Positions 12,853 to 24,213 of a stretch of DNA of 64,000 bases are shown piece by piece. A program made the translations under genes and the position numbers. Origin of the DNA: Antedon mediterranea. Lineage: Eukaryota; Animalia; Echinodermata. The stretch is taken from assembly GCF_964355755.1 (NCBI RefSeq), contig NC_092673.1, positions 27,711,648 through 27,775,647 on the forward strand, given 5' to 3'. The notes beneath the pieces are model-generated. The model was not told the DNA's origin, did not search any database, and saw nothing but the letters and a program-made list of their open reading frames with translations. Position 1 is the first letter of the stretch; each line of letters begins with the position of its first letter.

Positions 12853-13049
12853 TCTGTCTTTATAGACTGTCCAACATAGTTCGCCTCACATACTTCTGTC
12901 TTTATAGACTGTCCAACATAGTTTGCCTCACATACTTCTGTCTTTATAGATTGTCCAACATAGTTCGCCTCACATACTTCTGTCTTTATAGATTGTCCAA
13001 CATAGTTCGCCTCACATACTTCTGTCTTTATAGATTGTCCAACATAGTT
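12853..13049. repeat. 42-bp minisatellite (4.7 copies)
   Basis: TCTGTCTTTATAGA(C/T)TGTCCAACATAGTTCGCCTCACATACT repeated; this explains the repetitive ORF 12753-13169. Confidence 0.95.
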
Positions 13050-14948
13050 GGTTCGTCTGACATAATTGCTACACCATCTTATTACTACTTAAATATTTTT
13101 TACCTCTTTGACTTTAAGTACCGTGACGTGGTGAAGAGGCTTGCTTGCTGCCATATTCATTACCAATAGGTTTTGGTTCAAGATGCACGCACATGTGTTT
13201 TTATTACATGTATAATTTTATAATCATTAATGGTTATGGCCTAACAAAAACTTAAAGCTCAGGTACAGGCATGAATTTTAAATATAATATTTGGTCAATT
13301 GTACATAAATCAAATATTTGTAACAGAAATCAAGACAAAAAAACATGAATTTCTCTTAATATGGTCAAATACAAAATTTGGCAATATTCTGCCATAAAAA
13401 CCAGGAAGACCTTTTTTCAGTAGTTAGGTAGTTAACCTAATGTAATAACATGTCTGGTGACTCCCTAGAAGGTGAAAAAAGATGATGGATATACGGTGGA
13501 TAATTTTTGCTATAGCATGAAAATAAAAATATAAAGTTGAATAAAAATATCAGAAATGTAAAATTCAAGTTATACTACCTATATTTAGTCATCGGATAAC
13601 ATTTTTTACCGCACCGTTTAGTTTTCATAGCTTTTTAAAATGCCTCTCTATTTACAAAATTTGTGTACAAAAGAATAGAGATTTTACTGTGTAATTTGGA
13701 CTATCCCCCCACTGATAAGAAAGTGCTTATTTTCAACAAGCTCGTGTAACACAAATAAAATCACAAAAATTATGAAACATAGAGGAAACTATAGATCGAT
13801 AATTATTGGAATGTATAATCAATAGAATTTTTTTGCCCGCACCTGGCCTAGTATTCCCAAAATAACTAGACTTGTTTTTCTTTCTAAATAGTTTTCAAAG
13901 GTTAAACAAACTACTAAAACTCATATTATAAGTAAATAAGTTGTGCTAAAAATGTGTTAAAGTTTTTCATAATTAAAACGAGTGTTTAGAAAACCATATC
14001 TTTATTTTCTAGACGCCCAATTAAATATTTTAAAAAGACAATGTTAGAAAATTGGCATTATGTAAAGTGGTCAAAGAGGCATGAGACCAGACATTTGTAA
14101 ATACTATGATGTTACATTTTATTAATTGTTTTATTAATACTGTATGTTGTCATATTTGGAATTTAGCAGAACAGTGACTATATTCAGAAAGCTTTTATTT
14201 GAAAATATATGTTTACGCCTACATTATTTAGTGTATAGCAGTAGTAGCCAATATAGTGTAGGAAATTAAAAATTTCTTTTATTTGAGGATATGGTGTTAT
14301 AAGATTAACAGATTGTTATGCTATAATTTTGTTAGAATTCTGGTGACTTTATTTTAAAGGTAATTTTAATTTTGTTTATGTAACAACATTTATCTTTTGT
14401 ATATTCCATTTATTAAAAATGCGTAAATTCATTCTTTTCCTTATTCTGAGTCCTTGAGTATCATTAACTTGTGTTTCGTCTTCAGTCTTCAGTACTATAA
14501 GGTTTTTTATAAAACACACTTTAGTACATTTATTCAGTATACATGAAATTAAAAAAAATAAGTACAGTGTATATGGATAATGGTTACAATAAGACAGGCA
14601 CCTACATTAAGTTGGTGTAAAATTCAGATACCATAAAAACTCCAAAAGAAACCCATCTCGAAAAGAAGCCTCAGTCTGCGAAAGTAATCTTGAAAAGAAG
14701 TCCACCCAAAAGACCTAAAAAAAGAAGAAACCGAATGGCTTCTTTTGTGTTTGTTTCTTGCTGGTATGGATGTTGCTATCAAAAAACTTTGGTTAAAGTA
14801 GGGAACACGATAGAAGAAATACAGTACCGTACCACTTTCCGTTAATTATCGAGTTCCTCATTTATTCCATTACATTTACACATTTATACCTGTATCTTGT
14901 ATTTTAGATCCTGAATGGAATTTACATTAAATTTTGTCGTTTTAGAAT

Positions 14949-17351
14949 ATGGATAGTATTAGTACTGGCGGTTACCCTCGAGAACTCTTAAAGAATAAAT
15001 CAGATTTAACCGAGCGCATAACATGTGGTGTCTGTGATCTCATCCTAAGGGATGTCGTACAACATGAATGTGGACATCGTTTCTGCAGCTCTTGTGCTGA
15101 AGCATTACAAAAGTAAGTCGGGTCTAAAATAATATTATTTATCAGGCATAGTAGAAGACCTATCTATAAGATAGTGATTTTTTAGTGTTGAAAATTTATT
15201 TTGTTTGTTTTAACAGCAAACCTCAGCCACAGTTTTGTCCAAGGTGTCCACCAGACAGTCTAGAAGCTCCGATAAGAAATGTAAGTGTGTAAAAATAATG
15301 TAAGACAACAAACATAATTTCAAGTGAACTGTGGAAACCACACCACTATTCAGGGGACACCTATTGTACCCTAAATTAGTAGTATTATACATCTAAATAT
15401 ATTGGGTCTTGACTATCCTTGTTGCGTCACACCAATACCATTATTATGGTACAGATTGGTATCTTTTTTTTAAAATCACTGTTTGGGACTTATTTTATTT
15501 TATAGATCTATCCGGACTTTGCTGGACGGAAAGAAGTTCGGTTGTTGCGAGTAAGATGTGTGAATTCTGGATGTACTTTTGATGGAACCCTTTCGGACTA
15601 CTTAAAAGTGAGTAATTGAATAATAAATTAAATATTTATCTTTTGTACAATTTTAAACACTAGTATTACTAATTTTACATTTGTTTTCCTCCTAGCATAA
15701 AGATTCATGTCAGCATTCAAGGGTAGCTTGTGCAGCCTGTGACAAACACATGAAACGTGTAGAGCTGGAGAATCACAGTTTGAAAGATTGTACAGAACGT
15801 ACAATAACTTGCCGTTGGTGTAACAGAGAGTTGATGCATCGAAACATGAAAGTAAATTGAGATTAAAATTGTATATGATAAAATAATATGCTTTCATTTC
15901 GTCTTTACTCTTCAATCAATTTTTTATAAAAAATTTAATGTTTACTTTTTTATTACAGCAACACAACAGTGTGTGCCCTAAGTTGGAAATTCTTTGTGAC
16001 GTTTGCAAAAAATCAAAGTTGCCAAGAGATGAGGTTGGCTTTTACAGTTTTTCTCAATCTGACATTAATTAAGTAATGTGGTTGAATTTTTCTTAAATAA
16101 TATCAACACAATTTCTTATGCAGCACTACTGAAAATGTTTAGATGATGTATAATTTTAAAATACTTTATTTCGCTAATGGTGTAATCTCAAATCAATATT
16201 TCAGTTTATTTAGTTGGATGATTAGTTTTGTTGTTAATATTAAAAGATAATGCTGCATCAAGACCCAGAAAATGGAGACTGCCCTCGGCGTAAAAGATGT
16301 TGTAAATTTCGAAGGGTTGGCTGTGAGTTTACAGTAAGTATTAAGTTAGAGTTTTATATTATTATTACAATGATAACACTAACTATTTCATAAAATTAAA
16401 ACGTTATTTAAAAAATAATCTATTGTTTTAATGAACTTTATTTTTAATGTGTAGGCTCCACAGGAGCAGATGCCAGGACACTTGAAAAACAACCAACAAG
16501 AACACATGAATCTGTTACTGGATGACAACATCAATATGAGAACAGAACTGGAGTTTACGAAAAAGAAATTGGAAAAGTATGAATCCATGGAATTGGGGGA
16601 GAAAGGTGCCTCAGCCCTACACATTGATAACCGAGAAGAAATAGTTAAGATGGTTGTGAAGAACTTAAAACAGAATGGTATTGTAATGGAAAAGTATGAA
16701 ATAGACAGTGGTGGTGCTGGAGGAGACCTTCAAGAGGTAGAAAAGGTAAAGACATCAGTTGAAGAGACGACAAAACATCTCAAAGCAATTGATCAAGCAA
16801 TGGCTGTAAAAAATGTGGTAATAACAGAACAGTTCCTGCAGATCAAAAGTCTTGAGAATACATCATATAATGGAATGCTTGTCTGGAAGATACCTAACAT
16901 TAGTCAAAACAGAAGAGATGCCATCAGTGGAAAGCAGACATCAATTTATTCACCATATTTCTTTACAAGCCGTTATGGTTATCGTGTTTGTTGCAGGATT
17001 TACCTAAATGGTGATGGCATGGGAGAGGGAACCCATATCTCAATATTCTTTGTCATCATGAAAGGTGCAAATGATGCTCTTCTCCAGTGGCCATTTCGAA
17101 ACAAAATCCTCTTTGTCTTGCTAGACCAGAACAACCAGGAGCACATTATTGATGGATTTCGACCAGATGAAACCAGTAGTTCTTTCCGACGACCAATTAG
17201 TGACATGAATATTGCAATAGGATGTCCGTTGTTCATCTCAATGTCTGAGCTTGAGGCTAGTCCTAATGCATACATCAAAGATGACACAATGTTTATCAAG
17301 GTCTATGTAGAGTGTCATGGAGGTGAAGGCGACGGAATTCCACATGAATAG
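14949..17351 (+). CDS. TRAF2: TNF receptor-associated factor 2-like, copy B (tandem paralog with shortened coiled coil), 514 aa
   Basis: Coding exons 14949-15112, 15217-15280, 15506-15607, 15696-15851, 15959-16033, 16247-16333, 16455-17351; the first six are the same length as in copy A. Open frame; two in-frame deletions (30 and 240 nt) and a different C-terminal tail relative to A. Confidence 0.9.
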
Positions 17352-17372
17352 CGCAAAGGAAGAAATTTTACC

Positions 17373-17820
17373 TTTTTTAGTCGCGACTCTTCGATCGGTT
17401 ATTTCGACAGTGGATATAAATTTTGGGAGGAAAATATAATGTTTTTATTTAGTCGCGTGCAAACACGACTCTATAGCTCACAATGTTGGTAAGTCGGTCG
17501 GTAAACACTAACTCATATTCATACTTTTTCGTTATTTTGACTGTGGATATTAATACTTTGAGGCATATATATATGTTTTAAAAAATGTTTGACCATTTTC
17601 TATCATTTTTAGCAATTTTAGTTGGTCGGTCGGTCCGTCGGTCGGTAAACACTAACTCACGTTCATATTTTTTCGTTATTTTGACAGTGGATATTAATAC
17701 TTAGAGGAGGCAAATATAAATGTTTTTAAACAAGTTTTAACATTTTTTGTCGCGTGCAAACGTGACTCACTATGTTCAAATTTGTGCACGCGACTGCAGC
17801 CGTGTATATGGCCTTGTTTT
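17373..17820 (+). mobile_element. Helentron-associated non-autonomous element (HINE/DINE-1-like), internally duplicated
   Basis: Subterminal inverted repeat AGTCGCGTGCA (17451) / TGCACGCGACT (17785), GTCG/GTCC microsatellite (17624-17646), 3' hairpin GCCGTGTATATGGC (17799-17812), T-rich ends. Confidence 0.7.
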
Positions 17821-18112
17821 AAATCCACCTGAAATCAGTTTGCTATGTCTCATGAGAGAGGCATGACTCATCTTTTCTCTTGACCTTACATTTAGTAGCG
17901 GTAGAATTGAAAATGGTAAATTGGATGAAAGTCCATCAACATTTTTATATGTTGCATTGTTTGTCTTTTTTGCTGTTCTTTCAAAGGACCTCATTGGAAA
18001 CAAGTCCGTAGAGGATTTTATGAGTTATCCTTGGCATCCTTGTTTTATTTTGGTATTTTTATATTTGCTAATTTTAATTGTATGTCTGTAATATTTTATG
18101 TACTGATGCCGA

Positions 18113-18136
18113 AATAAATCAAATCAAATCAAATCA
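18113..18136 (+). repeat. AATAAA plus (AAATC)n tail, probable 3' end of a CR1/L2-type LINE
   Basis: AATAAATCAAATCAAATCAAATCA after a T-rich UTR-like stretch. Confidence 0.45.
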
Positions 18137-18524
18137 GGCTGCCCTCAGTATCAACCCTCTGCGAGAGGAATCGTGCAGATTGATCTAAAATCCGATTTTA
18201 GCGTAGGCGACCTAAACTACCTAAAACTACTGAAAAAAAGTCTTCCTGAAATTTATAGCAGAATTTTGCCAAATTTTGTATTTGACCATTTTAAGGGAAA
18301 TGTAGGTCTATGAATGGATGATTAGGTGGGAACACGACCGCTAGTTGATCATACCCTGTACCGATTTGATCGTACGATTAATCGGGAAACCACCTCACGA
18401 AGTAATTTAAATGTTCTATATAGTCATAAAACGCATTATTAGTTATTACTGTACTTATTATCAGAGAGAACAAGCAAGCCAAGTAACCTAAACAACAAGC
18501 TGCTATCCCTTCAAACTCAAGTAT

Positions 18525-18996
18525 CTGGTTATTGAGACTAAGACTAAATGTTATCTATTTAAGAGTTACTGTGTCAGCATGTGTACTGTTCAACCTTATG
18601 GTGTAGATATAATAAGAGCACTGCTGAGATCACTGAAAGTATGTTATAACAATGCCTTACGTTTGCTGCTGAAGCAGCCTAGACATTGTAGTGCAAGCAT
18701 GATGTTTGTCTTAAATGACGTCCCATCCTTTGATGAGTTCATTAGAAAATCTGTTTTTAGTTTTTAAAATCGTGTGAACGCAAGTAGTAATTCCTTGATC
18801 ATGGCGATTTATCGCCACGTTCTTAATGTGTCAAGAATGCACATACAATGGAATGCTTTGTTGCATTGACTTTATATATTTACATATCTTTGTTTTTGTT
18901 CTATGAGCTGTTAGATTTTTTTCTTCTCTCTTTTGCTATGGATATAATATTATGTCACCATGATATTCTGAAATAAAAAGATAAATGAATGAATTG
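18525..18996 (+). mobile_element. 5'-truncated non-LTR retrotransposon (C-terminus of the RT ORF plus 3'UTR)
   Basis: Frameshifted translation KCYLFKSYCVSM/YCSTLWCRYNKS/LRSLKVCYNNALRLLLKQPRHCSASMMFVLNDVPSFDEFIRKSVFSF/NRVNASSNSLI is typical of the post-RT region of LINE ORF2; it ends in AATAAA and TGAA repeats. Clade not assigned. Confidence 0.75.
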
Positions 18997-19182
18997 ATGA
19001 GTTGTGGGGAAAAGTAATTGGAATTTATAGTTACAGTTTTCTGGTGTCACAAATCCTGCGGAGAACGAAATCCGCAAGAAGTGTAAAAAAGCAAAATTGT
19101 AATTAATTGCATTAGGCCTATTACTAAATATAATTTCTCGTATGAATAAAATGAATAAATAAATAAAATAAATATACGGGTT

Positions 19183-19560
19183 ACTGGTATAAAACAATGC
19201 AACTCATCTGAACGTGACCGTAGACGACTAGAAAGAACGTATAATATTTTTCAACTTGAACTCTCAAACCCAATGGACTTAATGTATCATTTAAATCATT
19301 TAGAATTGAGTATTGTACTTTTTGTCTATCTGATTGACATGAGTTATAATTATGTAGGCCTAATGCCTTTTGTTTGTCAATGCTTTTGTCAATTTGTTAT
19401 TTGCTTGTTCATTGTTACGCCGCATATAGCCCATAATAGACTCCTTTGTTTTCTAGTGTAGGCCTACCCTTTTTCTATGGTATTTGTCTTTTACCAATAT
19501 TCTATCAGTACCTGATGATGACCTATGTACTGGGTCGAAAGTACTAGTACAATAAATATT
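19183..19560 (+). mobile_element. 3' remnant of a Penelope-like retroelement
   Basis: Translates TGIKQCNSSERDRRRLERTYNIFQL/TLKPNGLNV, the GIY-YIG C-terminal motif of PLEs, with one frameshift; followed by a hammerhead motif and AATAAA at 19551. Confidence 0.8.
19508..19550 (+). ncRNA. Minimal type I hammerhead ribozyme (PLE-type)
   Basis: Stem I GUAC (19508-11) / GUAC (19547-50); core CUGAUGA (19512-18); one extra U; stem II GACCUA / UGGGUC; GAA (19537-39); palindromic stem III AGUACU (19540-45); cleavage triplet CUA, with the cut predicted after A19546. Confidence 0.8.
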
Positions 19561-20709
19561 TTATTTTGATTCAGAAACAAGAACTTTGTCTGTTTTATGT
19601 TTATACATGATCCTGCCTATGCAGCACCTATTTCTTTTCCTGATATATTTGTAGGGCTATTGCTTTTGTATTTTTCTGTAATGTTTCGTCTGACCGAAAT
19701 TGAATAAATCGAAATCAAAGGAGATGGTTGTTGTTTTACTATTATTATTATTACTTTTTTGACGAAAGACACGTCGATGACAAACAATGCTGTGTAGGGA
19801 AGCGTAACCAACAGAAATAACATAGCACTTTCATTATTATGGGCACATCACATTTTTTTCAAAACAGTTTGACCGAGCTTGTTATAATACCTGTTATTGA
19901 CTCTGAACACGTTGAAGACGGTAGAGGGAGACAGACAAAATCGGTTTCGTCCATGTGTTTAATTAAGTGTGATTGCTTTGCCTTCCTTGCAAAAAAAAAC
20001 TGCTGCTCAGGGCGGTCTGGCTGTTTACCAGACACACTACAGAGTAGGCCTAGATAGCACTCTATTTTGGACAAAACTAGGCATAGCCACATAGCCCCAA
20101 GGCCCCGGCAGACAAGTAAATGATTTATTTTATTTTCTTAGAAATGTATGCTTACCCTAGCCTAATACAGCTAGGCTAAGTCTAAATAATCCAACCTCTT
20201 TGGCCATTCAATTATTAAGCCTATTCTATTGATTTATAAATTATAATACAAGGCTAGCTAGGCACCTATCTACCTAACTAAGGCCTTAGTACTACTATCT
20301 TAACTATCTAGCCTAAAAATGGCTAGCTAGGCCTGTAGAAGATCTAGCCTAGTAGGGCCATAACTAGGCCTAGGCTAGTTAGGATATTTTTTACTAGCTG
20401 AGTTATGTCATGTACAGTAAAGTGTGGTAAATGAATTTATAAAATATGGGAGATCCTAAAATGATAGCTCATCTAGACACCACCTGTATTGTATACTATA
20501 CTACACTAATAATAATAATTAATAAACTGTCTTCTCTCTCTATTAATAGGTCAGACCATCTCCTCTCTCATCGGTGAGAGCTCACTAGTACTTGCTATCC
20601 AGTGCTATAATTATATATTATATGTTATATAATTTTTTTCATTATTTACAAAATAAAAATTATGTGAGACGTTATTATTAACACTAGTTTAATGCAATTT
20701 CCAGTTGTC

Positions 20710-23700
20710 ATGTCAAGTTCAAGCCATGCTTATGTTCCATTGAAGAAAGAGATAAAAACCATGGGAGATGTTGCTAAATGGCAAAAGTCACAGGTTTGTT
20801 TGTTTACCCATAAATGTTTATTGTCGCAAAAATGTTATTTAGTAATGCTGTATATAATCAATTTATATCATCTGCATAGATTACTGTACTAACTTTGTAT
20901 TGGGCAGAAACTAATTCATTATAAATAAATATAATACAATACTCATTGTACCTTTGTAGTTTTGTGGAAGTTTAACTATCTGGTGCCTCAATACCATTTA
21001 GTTGAAATAAACAGAATGCACACATTTGTAAAGTTTAGTTTTCAAAGACTTCAACCCTAACGTCCTGTCTACACTATAAAACTAATTTGACAAAAAAGTG
21101 TGATGTGCCCAAATATGGTAGTGATATGACATCATCCTGTTCATATATGGGCACATCACATTTGTTGTCACATAAAGTTTGATAGTGTAGACAGAGCTTT
21201 AGCATACTGTATTTGTTACATTCATAGTTTGAAGATTTTTTTGTACTACTGTACTGTATCAGTTTTATTATAGATTATATTATATTGTATATCTGAAACT
21301 TATGTTTATTTTGTAGGCTTTTAAGGAATATTTAGCCTTTGTAGAAACATTGAGTGCGTCTGTCCTAGGCAAGAAAATAACGGACGATATTCATCAAACA
21401 GAGGTATTTTAACAATTTCTTTTCAATCTCTAATTCCTCACTTTCAGTTTGTTAAATGGTAGGGTTTGCAACTTATTCTCAAACAGAAGACAAAGATGAA
21501 TAACAATACAATTTTTAATTTTTATTTAATTTTCCAGAGTTGTAGCAAACTGATTGAAGTTTTAGATGTACTTAGTAATTGGATTGATGCAATTCCGCCA
21601 GTAGATCAACCACAACGGTTTGGGAACAAGGCATACCGTACTTGGTTCGACAAACTTACAACTGTAAGTGTGTGGTGATTTTTGTGAGTCCAGGGGTCAG
21701 ATTTATGCTTATTATTTTAGTTTTAAAAACAGCCTATGCTATGCAAATACAGGTACAGGTAATGTATTTTACCCATAAAACTTACAATGAAGTTCATTCC
21801 ATAAGATAAAAATTATTTGTTTATGATAAATATAGCCTAAATTTTTCACTTATACAACTTTTAATGTAATATAAAATAAATGTTGTAATATCTGTTTCAC
21901 TTCCAATAGAATTCAGAAGAGATACTAAAAGGAATGTTAGATGAAAAGGACTGGCCATCTATCATAGAATTACAAGGTTATTTTAACGATGGCTTTGGGA
22001 ACAGTACTCGAATTGACTATGGAACAGGCCATGAGATGAACTTTGCAGCTTTCTTGTGTTGTCTATTTAAACTAAGATATTTAACAGAAGTAGACTATGA
22101 AGCAGCTGTCCTCAGGGTGTTTGAAAGGTAAGGTGGTGAATAAAGCTCAGTTTTCCAACTAATACACTTCATTTGTACAACAGAACCAACAGCTTAACAT
22201 CCCATCCAAAGATGGTACACAGTTCCTTAAGCTCTGCCTACACTATCAAACTAGTTCGACAAAAGAATTGTGATGTGCCCATATATGGTAGGGTTATAGC
22301 CAAATATGGTAGTGATATGCCCAAATATGGTAGTGATATGATATCATCATGTAATATGACAGTGCTTTATATTCATTGTGTCTTGATATTTTTGCACAGA
22401 TATTTGACTTTGATGAGAAAACTTCAGACAGTGTATATGATGGAGCCAGCTGGTAGTCATGGAGTGTGGGGACTTGATGATTTTCAGTTTTTACCATTTT
22501 ACTGGGGAAGCTCTCAACTTAAAGGTAAGGGCGTACTTAAGTTTTAAGGATAGTAATAAGAAATCTTTTAATTTGAGTGAACCTGCACAAGTTCACGTCC
22601 ACATAGGTGGTTTTCGACTGGTACTTTTCCACGGATATATGAACATTTTGATTGAGACACTGTGCCACACGTCCTCACTACAAATTAAAAACCTTGAGTA
22701 TATACAGCGTATTAAATGTTATACTAAGATGAATACAGTAGTACTATATTTGTAATTGTTTTGAATGGCTAAGATTTGTGTTATGTTTACCTCTAGGTGG
22801 AGCAATAAAACCAAATGCTTTGACAGATCCAGCCATAGCCAAAAACATATCACAAGACTTTATGTTCATGGGTTGTGTAGCATATATAAATGAGGTAAGC
22901 AGAATTAGGTAAATACAGCAGCAGCAATCGAGAGAGCACAAACCTTCCACCTATGCAAATGTAATGCCATGTTTCCATACAGTTATGAAAGCATCCTTTA
23001 AAATCTTATGAAAATCGGGTAATAACTTTTTGAGTAATCCTGCTAACTAACAGATATAGAAAGGCCTTTTTGGCAAAGGTAATAAGTACCTGAGACAACA
23101 GATAATGCCCTCTGTAGACATCTTAACTGCATATATAGCCACTCCTTTAGGCTGCCAACTACAAATGATAAAATAAAAAGTAAAAATATTATTATTTATG
23201 CCTAAAAGAAATTGAAAACCTAAACTGTTAATATCTTATATTTACTTATATTATAAGTTTATTTTGAAACTTTCTTTGCAGGTGAAAACGGGACCTTTTG
23301 CAGAACACTCTAATGTGCTATGGGGAATCAGTTCAGTTCCTGAATGGTCAAAGGTCAACTCAGGACTTATGAAAATGTACAAAGCAGAGGTAAATACACT
23401 TTTATAATATTATGTTTATAGCACTTTGACAGAATAGTGTGTTTGGTAGTGATTAAACATAACATTGACATGTTATTTCTGTATTATATTCAGTAACACT
23501 CTTCATACCACCTGTATTAAGGGACCACCTGTATTAAAGGACCACCTGTATTAAGGAACCACCTGTATTAAAGGGACCACCTGTATTAAAGGGAGCACCT
23601 GTATTAAGGTACCACCTGTATTAAAGGGACCACCTATATTAAAGGGACACCAGTATTAAAGGGACACTTGTATTAAAGGGATATTTGCATTAATAGGACA

Positions 23701-24213
23701 CCTGTATTAAAGGGACACCTGTATTAAAGGGGCACCTGTATAAAGGGGACTCTTTCCTGTGAAACAAACACTTTTGAGGATGTCCCCATAAGTAGGATTC
23801 TACTTTTTTTTATAAATTTTTTCCAATCTACTGTAATATATTTGTTTTATAGACACATAATTATTTAATTGTTAATTTTTCACAAATGACTAGAGCACTG
23901 TCTCCACTATTAAACTAGATCGACAAAAAAGTGTGATGTGCCCAAATATAGTAGTGATATGCCAAAACATGGTAGTGATATGACATCATCATGTCCATAT
24001 ATGGGCACAGCACATTTTGTTGTCACATAAAGTTTGATAGTGTAGACAGAGCTTTAACAACAGCGTTCAAACTTGACAGTAATTTGTATATTAATTATAC
24101 AATTATACTGATTGAATTTTGTATCATTTTTTTATAAGGTTCTGTTAAAATTGCCTGTAATACAGCATTTCTCATTTGGTACCATGTTATCCATCAATCC
24201 AGCGGAAGTATGA
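20710..24213 (+). CDS. PTPA: Serine/threonine-protein phosphatase 2A activator (PTPA / PPP2R4), 306 aa
   Basis: Coding exons 20710-20793, 21317-21403, 21538-21663, 21910-22127, 22400-22524, 22797-22894, 23282-23389, 24139-24213 (921 nt). Family motifs [90 protein letters not shown]. Confidence 0.96.
21058..21201. mobile_element. MITE family 1 (TIR AAGCTCTGTCTACACTATCAAACT, TA-flanked), in a PTPA intron
   Basis: TIRs plus internal TGTGATGTGCCCAAATATGGTAGTGATATG. Partial copies at about 19838-19872, 22227-22350, 30422-30543, 39788-39871 and 60590-60670. Confidence 0.85.
23507..23750. repeat. 17-18-bp minisatellite GGGACCACCTGTATTAAA (about 13 copies), probably inside a Tc1/mariner-type MITE
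   Basis: Direct reading of the tandem units in PTPA intron 7; related degenerate sequence near 15330-15365 and 55500-55670. Confidence 0.85.
23891..24056. mobile_element. MITE family 1 copy
   Basis: TAGAGCACTGTCTCCACTATTAAACT ... AGTTTGATAGTGTAGACAGAGCTTTA. Confidence 0.85.

Noticed and set aside
12853-13049. CRISPR-like appearance of this and other arrays (7724-7877, 23507-23750, 38152-38347)
   Set aside because: The units are contiguous with no unique spacers, there are no cas genes, and the context is eukaryotic.
12753-13169. 138-aa ORF with CLYRLSNIVRLTYF repeats
   Set aside because: Product of a 42-bp minisatellite; no coding signature.
13426-14100. Possible TIR element between the TRAF copies (ATGTCTGGT / ACCAGACAT)
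   Set aside because: The inverted match is too short and no TSD could be identified.
14461-14500. Minus-strand CUGAAGA...GAAAC hammerhead-like string
   Set aside because: No convincing stem II or stem I pairing.
14620-14845. Lys/Pro-rich open stretch upstream of TRAF-B
   Set aside because: No homology recognised and no in-frame splice to the TRAF-B ATG exon; probably 5' flank or UTR.
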